Of a stretch of DNA of 64,000 bases, positions 1-14,091 are shown one piece after another (the first letter of the stretch is position 1; the number at the start of each line of letters is the position of its first letter). Origin of the DNA: Callorhinchus milii (taxonomy: Eukaryota); contig NW_024704742.1 of assembly GCF_018977255.1 (NCBI RefSeq), positions 97,094,001-97,158,000 of the forward strand. Direction: 5' to 3'. The position numbers and the translations under genes are program-made. The notes below the pieces were generated by a model, which saw nothing but the letters and a program-made list of their open reading frames with translations, searched no databases and was not told the origin of the DNA.

Positions 1-2286
1 TGCTTCAAAAGACCCACTGCAATGTGCAATGTGCATTTTACACACCAATTTGTATATAGCAATGTCCCATAATCAGACATGCAGTGAATGACCGGTTTTA
101 TCTAGTGTCTGTAATAGGACACTCTTCTCAAATAGTGCCAAGGCAACCTCAGTTTAAAATCTAATCTAAAAGATGGCACCTCCTTTGGTTTGTTATCCTA
201 TCCTAGACTATATGAGTTCAAAGTCCTGATGTGAGTCTTGAAGCCTTGTGACTCATAGGTAAGAATGCTACCAATCGAGGCAAACTGACACTTACACAAT
301 GCACAAGTTTATAAATGCCACCTGTTCTTCCTCCCTTTTGTCATATAATAAACCATGGTAATCATAAATGTGGATACAAAATAGTGGCATAATAAAGATT
401 TTGTATTTCTTCGAAGGATGCATTACTATGAAGGTTGCACAAATTAAGGTCTTCCCAGGATACTGTTGGTCACAGCACCTTTTGAAATGATTTATTATAA
501 TAATAATAATAATCCTTGCATTTGATATAGTGCTTATCACATCTTCGAGATGTCTCAAAGAGCTTCACTGTAAAGTGAATTGACTGTATTTTGTGGGCGA
601 AACGCAAATTGTGCACAACAGTGTCCCACAAACATCCTACTTAAAGGCAAGAAATTATATCAAAACATCCTTCCATTGTATGGCTCTATGTTGCAACTAT
701 TCCAGTTGCCATAGAGTGTAATTTAATGATCGGTTTGTCCTGCTTTATGCAACAACCCAACATTTTTTTTCGGTGACAAAAACGTTATTGTAAATGTTCA
801 AAATGTTGCCTAAATACATTTACAGACTGTAGAGAGAATCAAAGTCAATTAGGGCAGGATAACTTTATGTCTTGCTGATCAAAAACCCAAACTCGCACAT
901 GAGGGCACATCACTAAAAAAGGGCAGAATAGGTAAGTCTATTACCTGCCCTCAATCCTGTGTTTTCACTCTAGATGTTTGTGCAATGTTGTCATTTTCGG
1001 CATAAGCTCAGAAAATGTGTGGTTGAGTTATGGAGCAAATATGATGAAATGTGGTTCACTTTGTTGATACAAGGCTGACTGTTAATCACAAGCAAAAAAG
1101 CAACCATTGAACGTCTAAAATACCAATCAACCTGTTGATTAAAATGAGCCCATTTGTGGTGTCACCACTCAGCTCAATGATGTTTCTGGTGTTTCTGGGA
1201 GAGAGATAATTTAATCAAGCAATTTGCCTGATTCATATTAAAGGATGATATTAAATCATTTCAGTAACTGATTGATGAGTTTAATATCTTGAAGCAGGAC
1301 CTTTTCAAAGATCTCTAAATAGGACGCTTCCTATTAACCTCCAATAACATTGCTAAAAATATCCTGACCAATTTCTTTGATAAATTCTTCTGTGCAGCAA
1401 TTCCTATCAAGTGTTCTGTTTAAATGCTCTGTGTTGTTATTGACTTGATTGAACAAACAACTATTAGCTCACACAATCTGTACAATCATTTTAAAAATGA
1501 TCCACAATAAGGTCATTATAAAAAGATAAAGTGTTTGCTCAGGAGAAGAACTTCTAAATTCAAGCTGCTTATTGAACCGTAGTGCCAAACAGGCAGAAAT
1601 GGGTTTAGACATATATAGCATACAACTTACATTTATATAGCGTCCTTCATGCTGGAGGGTGTCTCGGAATGTTTAACAGTGGTGGAGCCTGATGCCGAGC
1701 CAGTGGAGGTGGAAGGTGTGTCCGTAGGTATGGTTGGAGAGGAAGATCTTCAAATGCGACCTGAAAATGGAAAGGGGGCAAGGCAAAGGGATTGATGGAA
1801 ATCCTTCAACAGTTGATCTAACCCAATTTATAAACACAATAATAAATAAAATGAATTTAGGGCACCATTTAGCTGATGTATTAGTTGGTTATATTTGGAT
1901 TTTTTGCGCCTGACTGTTGTTTGCAAACATTATTCACCCCTCATTGCCAGAATACAGGCCAGCTCAAAGCATTAGTGAATCAAAAATGAATATGTACTGC
2001 AGATAAATTTTCATCCTAATAAACCACAGATTAATTTTGGTTATAAAAGGACTGTTACCTTTGACACTGACGATGTTAAAACGATAAACATTTTTTTAAA
2101 AAGAGTGACTCCTGTGCTTTTCCCTAACTCTGTCATCATACAGCGGAATGTTATATTTTAAGAGTGACCCGACAGAAAGTTCAAGATTATTGTCTGATTT
2201 CTGGGTTCAGATGACTTTTAACCTGACGACATGATGTGAATTCTCCTCAGTTAGATTATGGTTTTGCAGCTCACTCCCAGGACTTT

Positions 2287-2311
2287 TGTGTGTGTGTGTG
2301 TGTAATGTGTG
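2287..2311. repeat. (TG)n microsatellite
   Basis: direct reading. Confidence 0.9.
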
Positions 2312-4132
2312 TCTTTTTTCACACGTTTTGGATGAGCTAAATGTGAAGGAAGAAACTAAACATCTCTTAACCTTTGTATACAAAATGTGTTAGATCACGC
2401 TGAATTTCTTAAGATTGCAAACTGTACAATTTTTAATAATAATAATCCTTGCATTTGATATAGCACCTTATCACGTCTCAAGCGCTTCACAGAATATACT
2501 GTAAAGTGAATTGACTGCATATTTTGTGGCAATAAAGCAAATGAATAAGTAGAATGCAGCAAAGGAGCCAGTAGTTCAAATATACATGTCACTGTAGCCA
2601 CAATGTGCCTACCAGGCTATCATTTGGGGTTAATGCTGAGCTAAGTCTTTAAACTATTGTTTCCTTTTACATTTGGGAGGTGCTCGAAATGGCTGGCTGT
2701 ATTTCAGAATTATCCAAATTGTGGTCACCAAAGATATTTCTTTTGCATATCCAAACACCTTAACATAGTCAGGTGTTGTGAATATATTTAGTTATTGAAT
2801 CAAATGCAAATATGTCGAGTCGCAGTATAACTATTTTTTTTAGCTCAAATTGTAAGCGTTGATGTAGATGTTTTAGTAGGTGTGATACGGGGACTCGTGA
2901 GCTATATATACATGAAACATACCATTCTTGAATTATCATGGACCACATTTTTGATTCTTGTCGCTTTAACCACTACCTGAAATGATGACCTTTTGGGGCA
3001 CATTTAGTGAATCACATGGGAACTGTTGCTGCTGTTATTCCAGGGCTGGTGGGAACAGCTGCTTAGTTTACCTATGGTGCTAATGGAATGAAGACTCGGT
3101 TACCTCTGGAGAATGAGGAGCAAATGATTAAAAAACACCAAAATAATATATAATGTTTTAAAAGAGTGCATTCCACAGCACCTTTGATAATTATACATTT
3201 GCTGTTTTGTCTGTAAAGAAATACCACAAATTAAATTTCATTAATAGATCAAAACGGGCACAAATCTTGTACCTCAACCTGTAATAATAACAATCCTTAC
3301 ATTACATAGGACAGGTGGTAGGAGAGCTGTCCCATTACATACTGTTACTGAATCAGAATGGATATGTAAAAGAATATTGATAGAAATTTCCTTCTTTTAA
3401 CATGAAATACGTGTAGATTTGATTCCCAGTATGCTGAGACTGTTTTCATTTGCATTTATTTTGCAAGGCATTGACTATGAAGGATGGTGTAGCTGGACTA
3501 TGCTGATGGACAAATGTTGCAGTCAACAGAGTAAAATACTAACTAACTGATATGGCAGGGATTCTAGAGCCTCCTCCTCTCCTCCTGCATTGAAACTTAA
3601 CAGTGAATCGAAAGTCCCTAATGGATGCTAATAATCACTTAAATGATACACATAGTCTTGTTATTGTTTCCCTAAAGGCTGAGTGAAAGTCTATTCGTTT
3701 TTGGGGACCATTTGGCATCTGTATGCCTTGAAGTGTATACACCACTTGGACTTCAGTTCTCTTTTGTTTCAAGTATATAACTGCTGAAAATCCTCAGTGG
3801 AGTTACTAATCCACTGAGGCTTGCAGAAAGATAAAGGAATTAAAAGCTTGTTAAAGGGCTTTGCTATATCACAACCTCATTTCCGTTTGAAATTTTGCTT
3901 CCAAGTTCCACAGTTTATACACAGTGCACATTTACTCAACCAAACTCGCAGTGTATTCCTGAACCACCGCTCAATACTTCTAATGCTCAAAACCTGAGCT
4001 ATCCAACATACTTTTCAAAATCATTTTAATATGTTGACTTTAAAGTGACAAAAATTGCTCTCGTACATTGGAGACTAATCTTTGGGTTGGGTAAACCATT
4101 TGCACAGATCTTATATATTTAACAAATATATT

Positions 4133-4417
4133 GGAGTCCTGAGGCGAGAGACCTGGGTTCGATTCCCGGCAGGGTGAAACCTTGGGCAAGTTTCCTTACT
4201 CCACAACCCTAATAATAATCCCTCAAGAAAAAAAAAAATAAATAAATTGGTAATTTCAAACCATGACTGTTTGTGGTTCACTGCTGTGTGCAATTGGCTG
4301 CCGCATTTCGTCCACAAATATACGGTCAATTCACTTTACAGTATATTCTGTGAAGCACTTTGAGACATCTAGAAGACATGAAAAGCGCTATATCAAATGC
4401 AAGGATTATTATTATTA
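4133..4417 (+). mobile_element. Same SINE, short variant, with A box deleted
   Basis: ggagtcct joined directly to gaggcgagagacctgggttcgattccc; same body and tail. Confidence 0.85.
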
Positions 4418-5549
4418 ACAAGCAATGAAAAGAAATGGTTACAGTAATTCTGCATTCCTTGTCATTATTATACAGTAATTGAATCAAAATTCATAATTAG
4501 GAGATTGAATTATGGCTTGCTGTGTTACAATGGAATTGACAACAAGTGAGAGAAGATCAGTTTTAATCTATCGCGTCTTAAAGGAGAATAGAATACCCCA
4601 TATTTACCATTAGTGCCCATAATCCAACTAGCAAAGCAACCTTTGGCCACATAAGAACATGCTAGATTAAAAAAAGTCCAAGGTTCATCTAGTTCGCCTT
4701 CCAACCTCCTGGCAATCGCATGCACATGTCCTGAACTACCTATGTACTGTATCCCATAATGTTATTTCCTAAAAGGCTAGAAGTCAGAGTTCATACTGTT
4801 TACAGCAAGAATTTATTGGTGTGCCTTTGGAAACACGGTTTACCCTCTTCCATCCACAGAAATCATCATTTTCAATACAACCATCTTTCAGATAGGATCT
4901 CAAACCACACTTTTTCGGTGGCTAAATAACCAAGGATACTATTTGAAAAGAGAAGGGAGTTTCTCCCATTGTCCTCACTGACAATCCACCGGTTTATATT
5001 CGTCACTTAGTCCTAGCATTTTGTGGAAATTGGCTGCATATTTTGCCTACTTAATACAGTTCCTGCATTTTACAATTACTGTAACACTTTGAGAGGTTAC
5101 GACGTTATAGGCACTGTATCAAACACAAGGCTTATTATTATCATGCAGCACGTAACTTTCAATACATAATAATAATAATCCTTGCATTTGATATAGCGCT
5201 TTTCACGTCGGGAGGACGTCCCAAAGCGCTTCACAGAACACACTCGAAAGTGAATTGACTGTATATTTGTGGGCGAACGCGGCAGCCAATTGCGCACAGC
5301 ATAACCAGAACGAGCTGAAATTTAGGGAGGGGCACCTTTTTAAAATCTGTGCAGGCAGAGAAATGATTATAATGTGGCACTATTATTGACGACTTTGAGA
5401 TTTCTTGTGCAAATATTATCCACCCACCCAAGGATCTCACGGCTTGAGTAGTGTTCTATGTTAAGATGATACCATGACATGGGATGGTGGAACAACTGGT
5501 GGATCTACTAACCACAATAGATTCAACCCCTCATTGGGATGGTCTAGGC

Positions 5550-5826
5550 CAGTACATGCACTCTTTCCCCCCCTCTCTCCCAATCTCTCTCCCAAGCCCG
5601 AGTCACTATCTGCAGTGGCAGGAGTCGGTGGTTGGTTGCTATGGAGGCGGTTGTTAAGAGATGTGCTTGTCCTCCTGACCGACTACAGTAAAGTAGTCAA
5701 CCGCTGGCTCCTGCCGCTGCCCTGGGAGGACGTTCACCAGGTAGGGAGGGAGGTAGTGGAGGTTGGAATGTTGGAAATGGTCGTGGGCCACATAAAATCA
5801 CCTGCGCTACCTGTTGGACCATGCTG
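5550..5826. mobile_element. hAT (Charlie-like) non-autonomous element
   Basis: 8-bp TSD GTCTAGGC at 5542-5549 and 5827-5834, CAG...CTG ends, subterminal gggccacataaaatc. Confidence 0.65.
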
Positions 5827-6510
5827 GTCTAGGCTGACACTCCAGCGCAGAGATGGTGAACTGATGAATTGGTTGTTCAGATGAGAATTTGAATCCAGGT
5901 TTTCTCTCAGGTGTACGTTAAAGATCGTCTGGCACTATTCTAAGAGAAGGGAGTTTCTCCTGGTGTCCTGGCCAACAATCTTCCAGACAAATAAGTTATT
6001 AACTTTGTGGCTGTTTGTGGGTCTTTGCAGAGTACAACTTTGCGGCCATATTCGCCTATCAAATACACCATCTTTGGATTTTAATTGGCTCCCAACTGAC
6101 ATGCCTGACTATGGAATATCAGAATCTGGGAGTGCCTTGTTACTCTGTTGTCAGGTGGCTCCTCAGCTCTGAGACACTTGGAGGAAAAGCCCAGTCACTA
6201 GGGCTGGAATTCTTTCTACTTGGCTCCTGAGAACCATGCAGGTAGTCCCAGATTGCCAGTGCTTGAAGCAACAAACCTTGTGGTTTTAGCTGGTTACATT
6301 CCAAAGCACACTCTGGAGTCCCCAAGCCTTGGTTCTTGTCAGCCTGTGTCTACACTCTCTGGAATGAGCTAACCTGGGTTTGTGTCTCCAGGGCGAAAAT
6401 GTGCATTCCATTCCAAGCAAACATAGCCATAGTATGAGGAACTCTCAGCTGTTTAGTTTTGAGATTCTTAAGTAAGGTTGTGCGTTGAGTTTTACTTCAG
6501 TAGTCAGTAA

Positions 6511-6778
6511 TATAGTAGAACTCCGTTATATAAGGCAGAAGTAGTTGAGGTCTAGAAAATCCCAACTTTAATACTGGCCTGGTTTAAAGTCAGTGCTTCT
6601 ATATTCACTGTGCATGCACACAGAAAGCTGGCCAGCTTCCAGCGTTAAAACACTGCTGACTTCCTGGTTATCCGGTCAGCAATAACATCACCCTGATGAC
6701 CTGAAAATTGGCCATTATTTTAGGAAGCCACCACCAGTCGTCAAGACATTGTCCGCCTTATAACAGGATTCAACTATA
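6511..6778. mobile_element. Tc1/mariner (pogo/Tigger-like) MITE; partial relative at about 18365-18535
   Basis: TIRs tatagtagaactccgttatataaggc and gccttataacaggattcaactata with TA ends; shared internal attcac.gtgc.t.cacacagaaagctggc. Confidence 0.75.
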
Positions 6779-9074
6779 TGCTGTTGAAAAAAGCGTGATT
6801 TGCGAATAAGCAACAAACCTCTTCTTAAATATTTGATGGACATTTTAGATAATGCAGACTGTTGCAGACTGATTCAAGATACAGATTTGCCAGTTTTCTT
6901 CCAAACAAAAGATTACAGAGAGGCACTGGAAAGCTTGGCTATTGGCTTGTATAATCATCTTTGTAAGGAGACAGCAGAGAGTAAACACATTTTTATTCCA
7001 CTGTCTTGATTTTTCTCTGTTTATTTCTCAGCTTACAGGCTGTGTGGGAAGGAAAGGTTAAGTAAAGGGTAAAGACAGAGCTTCTGCTCTGTTCCTGACC
7101 CTTCCCCCCCACACCCACCCACAACTGGTTAGATTTCCAATTGTAAACATGTTATTGGCACAAGTTCTTATACAGATGATTTTAAAAAAATGCCACAATT
7201 TAGGCAGAATATTTTGATACTTTCTCCCCATTTTAACTAAAAATGGGAAATTCACATTTAAACTTTCATTGTTGAATGATGGGAAACAGGACATTCAGCA
7301 CCAATCAGACCCCCGTGCCGGTGTTTATACTTCACATAGCGTTCACTAACCCCTGACTCCCTCCCATACCCTTGTTTTTGGTTATCCAGTTGTCTTTACA
7401 CATGTGGGAACCCATCACCATGCTTAAGACTATCCAAACCAAACTGAGTTCCACAAATCCCATCTACACATGGAAATTCCACAGATGGTTGTTGGAATTG
7501 AATGCACAATCTATCCCTGGAGGAATGCATTCTGCTAATTCCCGAAAGTATTAGGTGCAGGTTGGCCAGAGCCAAGGTTGGGGAATCCAGAGTGTGCATA
7601 CCCTTCTATTCCCTTTTTTCTCATGTGAAAGTCTAGCTCCCACTTGAATGCATATATACAATCTCATTCAACCACAACTTCGGGGAGCGAGTTCCACATT
7701 CTCATCCTCTGCGTGAAGTAGTTCCCCCTAAATTCTCATTTGGATCTCTTTGTCTCTATTTTATACTTGTATCCAAAAATACTTGTTAATTATTTCACCC
7801 CCAATCCTCCATCTGGTATTATGGAAGCGTTAAGGCCAGTTATAGAGCTGCCACTGCCACCCCAGTCGGCTCAGCACAAAACCCCACATTTCCAAGATCT
7901 GATGGGAGAGGCCATTTTTTAAAAAGTAGATGTTGCGTTTATGATTTGGTCTGAATCCACTAAATGTAGAATTCTGTAATCTCAAGTTGGTAACTGATGT
8001 TCTTTTCAAAACGACTACGCTGCAATATAGTAATGGTCAAATATTTAGTATAATACAAAGTATAGTATATATACTATTATACATAGTATACTACTATGTT
8101 CTAATATAGTATTGCCTGTATTTTTCACCCACAAAATATGCAGTCAATTCACTTTACAGTATATTCTATGAAGTGCTTTGAGACGTCTCGACAAAGTGAC
8201 AAAGTTCTATATCAAAGTCACGAATTAGTAGTAATACAAAGAGCTCCGAAACGCTGCCCTGCGTGAGGGGCACTACATAAATGCAAGGTGTTGTATACAA
8301 ATTGTACTGTACGTGCAGGTTCTCATTCTCCCCTCATCAGCTGCTTCTTATCTTGATGGCAATTTAATGAGTGCAAAGGAAGTGCTGCTAGGGAAAAGCA
8401 CAATTACTTTTGCAGTTGACCATTACTAATCTATATATGTCAAAGGTTGGTGAAATCCTTGTTTTAATTAAATGTGAGCTCATAGTCAATATTTAATGCA
8501 TAATTTACAAATGTGGTTTTGGATTCTGACAGCCAGGAATACCATGCCGTACAGTGCAGCTTTTATAATATTATGTACTTTTTGTTATAAGTTGTGCCAA
8601 AACACTTAAACCTGGGGCACCATTGGCTCATTCTCCACGCATTTGTTACTTCTGGGTCCCTTTTCAAGTGTGCATGTCATCATAGTTCAGTATCATCATT
8701 TCAAATGAAAAACATTTTGTCCCAGTGAGCATACAAGTCAGAATCTCGATTTCACAGTTTTTAATCTTTCATGGATACATTTCTGTTCACTGTATAAAAC
8801 AACACATTGCATTGGCACATTTTGCCCTTAAAGGGATGGTTTTATTGTGCTTTTCAAATCTTAATTCCAAGGATACTGATCATGATTCTTTCAAATGGTC
8901 AGATTGATTTGAAGTCTTGTGTTTGGAGGTTGGTTTGTGTTGTCTACTTGGGTGGACAGAGCCCAGATCCAGTATATCATGTGACACAGGTACACTCTAG
9001 TCTCATCTTGTTGGCCGATCATGTTCAGCTGTGTACTGTACATGTGCTGTGGTTGTGTTCTTGCAGATATTTGT

Positions 9075-9393
9075 GGAGTCCTGTAGCTCAGTAGCTCAGT
9101 GGTTAGAGCATTTGCTTTGCATACGAGAGACCTGGGCTCAATTCCCAGCAGGGTGAAACCTTGGGCAAGTTTCCTTACTCCACACGCTTGATAATAATCC
9201 CTCAAGAAAAAAAAATTGGTCACTTCAAACCACGACTGTTTGTGGGACACTGCTGTGCGCAATTGGCTGCCGCATTTTGCCCACAAAAAATACAGTCAAT
9301 TCACTTTACAGTCTATTCTGTGAAGCGCTTTGAGACATATAGAAGGCATGAAAAGCACTATATCAAATACAAGGATTATTATTATTATTATTA
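9075..9393 (+). mobile_element. Full-length tRNA-derived CORE-like SINE (short variant) with L2 tail
   Basis: tRNA-Ala-like head (TAGCTCAGTGG A box, duplicated tagctcag; degenerate B box), CCTTGGGCAAGT core start, L2-like tail, (TTA)n. Confidence 0.88.
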
Positions 9394-11149
9394 TTTATTT
9401 GCTTTTAGTTACATTTTATTGTATTTCCTGGAATACTGCCTCCCAGCTGTCTGGGTACATCTAGATTCATAATCACTCTTAAATAACTCCTTCATTTACT
9501 GAAACTCTAGATTCTAATGAAAGTTTTTTGTATTTGTTTTCTTGGTTAAATCAAGCAACTTGGTGGTGCTTGGTACCTTGGCGGCAGGTCTGCTATATCA
9601 GTGTACCATGATGCAGGTATTGGTCATATTCTGATCCAGTTATAATACAGCAGCAGCTCTTAACTATTTACACTGTTCCATTTCAACACATGTTTATTTA
9701 ATTTGTCTCTTCTGCCCTGCTGTATTCTTCCCCTGATGTTTTTGGAGGATGTCCATTTAATCTTGACAGTTTTATCCTTCAGTCTGTCACTAATTTTATA
9801 GTCCAATGTATAGTGTTTATGTACTATATTTGGGACGTCCTCTCGACGTGAAAGGGGCTAGACAAATGTAATTTTGTATTGTATCTTGGCCCTCATAGCT
9901 CTGAATCTGCTTATCCAAAGTTGTATGGTAAATGTTGGTTATGTGCTTGTGCTTTTTTGGTTGTGTAAGGCGTCGCAAGGGAAACTTGAGGATTTTTAAC
10001 TCATGCTGTGGCCATGTAAAACAGGAGCAGTGGAAGGGTTCTCTGAATATGGCCAGCAAGGGAATACTTTGAACAAATGATATGCTCGAGAAGCAGCAGT
10101 AACCTAACATCCTGGGGTAAAAATCTCCTGGCAACTCCTGTCACATTCCAGCCTGAAGGATGGAATCCTCTAGAGTCTAGACAAGTTGTAGATAGAAAAA
10201 GTTAGGTTTTCGTGGTATTTTCTTAAAAACAATTCTTTTCAGAAGGGGAGCCAGAGGATACATGCTACACGGTTCAGAATTGAATAAGTATACATTGCAA
10301 TTTCCCAGATAAACTAAACAGACAGTTTACGTTTAAGGTACTTTTCTGTAAATTTATTACGGTCTAAAACTCATCAATTTCACAGAATTTCCTAATGAGG
10401 AAATCTGAGTAACATATGAGGATTAATTTGCTCCTCAGATTTTCCTCATTAAGAAGTAACCAGAAGTAGGTCACTCCCACACTATGTACTTTCTGGAGCA
10501 AAGTTCTTCCCTAGGAGATGGCTACTGGAAGGAATTGCCAATTACCACTTGCACCCCTTTTTAAGAATTCCTGTTTAAAAATTGTTGCATTTTAGATCAC
10601 ACTGTGTTTTACCAAGGAGAAATACGGAAATGAATCCTATTTCTATAATTAGTCAGTCTGTTTGATGACACGTGGCATAAAAGGTTACCATACTTTGGTT
10701 TTGTTGTTCTCTACTCTTTTCTTCATCAGCTGCTCTGCCTTTTAGGAGTTACATTGGTTCTTTTAGTTTGGTTTTGAATACGGTGTTAATTCATGGTGGA
10801 AGCCACATATTGAAGTTGCCATGTCATGAGTAGAATGGGCTTAGATTTCACTTGCAATTTCTTCAATCGTAAATAATCAAGGTCTATTACACAACTTCTT
10901 CGTGCAGTTGTACTCCCAACTATCTGCACATCTGCGTTTCAATTTGTGTCAAGGTGCAATGCCAGCAAAGTTTGTTTTTAGTTTTGCGGATCCACAGGAT
11001 GTTTTAAATCCAAAGTTTACGACAACAATTTGCATTTATACTTTGGCACACAAATGTAACCTGGCAGCATGAGTCATGTGGTTCATGAGCAATTTTTTAC
11101 AGGTAGAGTGCAGGGTTATAAGTGGAAAGGTAAAAGAGTGGTCAGCCGG

Positions 11150-12800
11150 GTGTCTGACATGTGGAAACCCATCACCATACTTAATTAAGAGTCTCCAAAC
11201 CAAGCTGAGATTTCAATGCATCCCACCTACACATGGAAATTCCAGAGATAGATTATTGGAATGTAATGCGCACTCTCTCCCTGGAGGGACGCTTCCTGCT
11301 TACCTAATTCCAGAAAGTTTTAGGTGCAGATTGGCAAGAGCCAAGTCTTGGGGACCTGAATGTGTGTTGGGGTACTGCTGGAGTTTAACCAGCTAAAACC
11401 ACATAGCTTGCCTTGAAAGTACTATCTACAACAACAACAACAACAAGATTCCATTTATAAAGCGCCTTTCACGTCAGGAGGACGTCCCAAGGCGCTGCAC
11501 AGTTGGGTCAGGACCCGAGCAGGGGGAAATGGTCAGGGTGAGGGGAGGGGAGGGAGCGAGGAGGGGGGAAATGGTCAGGGTGAGGGGAGGGATGGGAGGG
11601 AGCGAGAAGGGGGAAGAGAGTCGAGAGGGGAGCTGAAGGCTCGGTCAAAGAGAAAGGTTTTGAGACCGGCCTTGAAGGAGGAGAGGGAGGAAGTGGCGAA
11701 GGCACTGGGGGATGGAGTTCCAGAGCCTGGGGGCTGAGAGGCTGAAGGCCCGGCCACCGATAGTAGGGCGGTTGGGGCGGGGGACGTGGAGCAGACCAGA
11801 GCCGGAGGAACGGAGGGTACGGGCAGGTAGGTAGGGGGATAGTAGGTTGGAGAGGTAGGAGGGAGCAAGGCCGTGAATGGCCTTGTAGGTGAGGATGAGG
11901 ATCTTGAAATCAATCCTCTGGGGGATGGGGAGCCAGTGGAGGCGAGCGAGGGTGGGAGTGATGTGGTTGCGAAGCCTGGTGCGGGACAGTACACGAGCTG
12001 CAGAGTTCTGAATGACCTGCAGCTTGTGGAGGGAGGTGGCGGGAAGGCCGGCGAGGAGAGAGTTCCCATAGTCCAGCCTTGAGGTGACAAAGGCGTGGAC
12101 CAGGGTTTCAGCAGCGTGAGGGGTGAGGTAATGCCGTAGTCTGGCGATGTTCCGGAGGTGATGGAAGGCGGTGCCAGTTGTGGTGCGGATGTGAGGGAGA
12201 AAGGACAGCTCAGGGTCGAACAAAACGCCGAGGTTCCTGACTGGCTTTGCGAGGTGGAGAGTGCAGCCTTGGATGCTGATGGTGTCGGCGCCTGAGGTGC
12301 GGAGGCGCTGACGTGAGCCAATCAGGAGGGCCTCGGTTTTTCGCACGTTGAGCTGAAGAAAGTTGTCTCTCGTCCAGGACTCGATGTCGGACAGGCAGCT
12401 GTCAGGACATCGGTGGTCGTGGATGGAGTTGAGAGTAGAGGAGGAAAGGTAGAGTTGGGTGTCATCCGCATACATGTGGAAGTTAACTCCATGTCTGCGG
12501 ATGATGTCACCGAGGGGGAGCACATAGCTTGCCTTGAAAGTACTATCTAGCAAGCTTTCCTGCTAATTGTCCAGCTAGGACCACCCTACTCATTGGAGCA
12601 TTGCAGGGTTAACAGGAGCTGTGTGGGATGACTCTGCCCCCAGTGACTGATCTGCCCTTTCGATGAGTCTGTGCTGTCATCAGCAGTGCCCTGGAATACT
12701 ACGGACCTTACTTAGCTCAAAATCTGGACGAGCGAGACCACCACGGAGGGTGGCTTGATTCCGACATTCCGTCCCAGGCACGTCACTTTGAAGCCAGTTC
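11150..12800 (+). repeat. Unclassified dispersed repeat (split here by L2); other copies 6095-6420(-), 7398-7600(+), 15705-15885(+), 20640-20958(-), 62635-63070(-)
   Basis: shared blocks acatgtggaaacccatcaccat, ccctggaggga, ggggtactgctggagtttaaccagctaaaacc, ccagctaggac, cttgat..cgacattcc. Confidence 0.85.
11429..12520 (-). mobile_element. Young 5'-truncated L2 LINE with 29-bp TSD
   Basis: ORF 11645-12553 with RT motif [10 protein letters not shown] and L2-type SRLDYGN / LHWLPI motifs; (TTG)n tail; direct repeat at 11400-11428 and 12521-12549. Confidence 0.95.
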
Positions 12801-14091
12801 AGCACCAAGGAGATACCACTTAATCATAGAAAAACTGGGGGTGAGGTGGGGGACCAAGAGAGAGACAGAGGGGCTATCACAGTCTAATATCTTTGTGGCG
12901 ATATACCTCATAATGGAAGAAGTATTAATTTGTACTCCCAACTAATTATGAGATGATCTATTTTCCTCACTTTTTTCCCTATCTACAGTGGGGCTGGTCT
13001 CGGTTACCATTGTTAACAGGTCTCTCTCTACTGTACAGTATTAAGAAGTCAATTAAAAAGACTGACGTACATGACTCATAAGAATAGTATCGTTAAGTGT
13101 GTACATGGTTTAATAAGGATCAAAAAGTAGATTGAAGAAAAACTGCAACAACCAGAGATGATCCAAAGATCTAAATCAGCACTTTACTCTTGTATTCATA
13201 CCGTCATTATTTGTTATAGACTGCTATGTCTATTGAGCATCGATTTTATATATTTTATAAGCACAAAGCTGGATCCAGTTCCTTTTGTGCATGTGGGATC
13301 CGTAACCACACCAACCCCCCTAAACAAACACACACCACAAGCGGTTATATGTTCCGAGACACTGCCTCTTGTGAAGGGCGCTGTATAATTGCAAGTTGTT
13401 GTTCATCTTTTGCCCTTGGGCTTGAGTTCAGCCCTTCACTCACAGTCCTTTTCCTTTAAGGAGACAAGAATGATGTTTTCAATAAACACAGTTTCTGTGC
13501 AATGCTGCTGTAATTCTCTCGCAGAAGCAAATCAGTTGATGATGGTCTGGTGGCAATTATTTGTCAGTTTGTTGCTGCTGATCATGATTCCCAATGCTAC
13601 TGTTGAAAGTAGTTTAAAGACTGACTTATTGCGACTTATTGGAGCATAATCATAAGTGGAAAGCTATTAACAGACTCTAATGGTTACATTAGCTTCACAT
13701 TTCTAGTCTTATTTTAAAATATGCAAAAGTATCTATTATGTGCCTTACTTGAGTCTTTTCAGAATTACTGTCAATACAATGCAAATTAACATGTATTTAC
13801 CTTTCAAGATAACAGTACTGTAGTACATTTTTTAAAATAAGAATAATGAAGAACAATGGGCTACATTATGTGAGGTAGATCAGGATGATCTTTGGACCTA
13901 TATGTAGTACTGAAATGGCAATCAATATGTGTTGAAAGAAAGGGTGCTTAGCACCTAACTTGTTTCCCATGCGTTTTGAAATATTCACTTAAAAACATTG
14001 ATCAGATGAACAGAATGTTTTGTTCAGAGACGTTTACTGTATCAGCAATTTGCCTGTGTGATTTTGCGATACACAATTTTGTTTTTCACAG

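Noticed and set aside
5474..5884. 136-aa ORF
   Set aside because: It spans the GC-rich hAT-like element and has no recognisable protein motif.
6690..6710. CTGATGA...GAAA hammerhead-like core
   Set aside because: Only 3 nt separate the motifs, so stem II cannot form; it lies inside a MITE.
8040..8112. Self-complementary TA-rich stretch
   Set aside because: Low complexity; palindromes are expected by chance.
9075..9155. tRNA-Ala-like genes (also 37151, 31680-31757, 46965-47040, 49540-49614)
   Set aside because: No proper acceptor stem, and each runs into a SINE body and tail, so these are SINE heads rather than tRNA genes.
11575..12321. Long Ser/Pro-rich ORFs (248 aa here, 250 aa at 47244-47996) and Gly-rich antisense ORFs
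   Set aside because: They are alternative frames of C-rich L2 ORF2 sequence, which is naturally poor in stop codons.
1..14091. GNA14 exons 1-2 or another gene
   Set aside because: No GTGESGKS P-loop exon or other coding signal was found, so the region is treated as intron 2.
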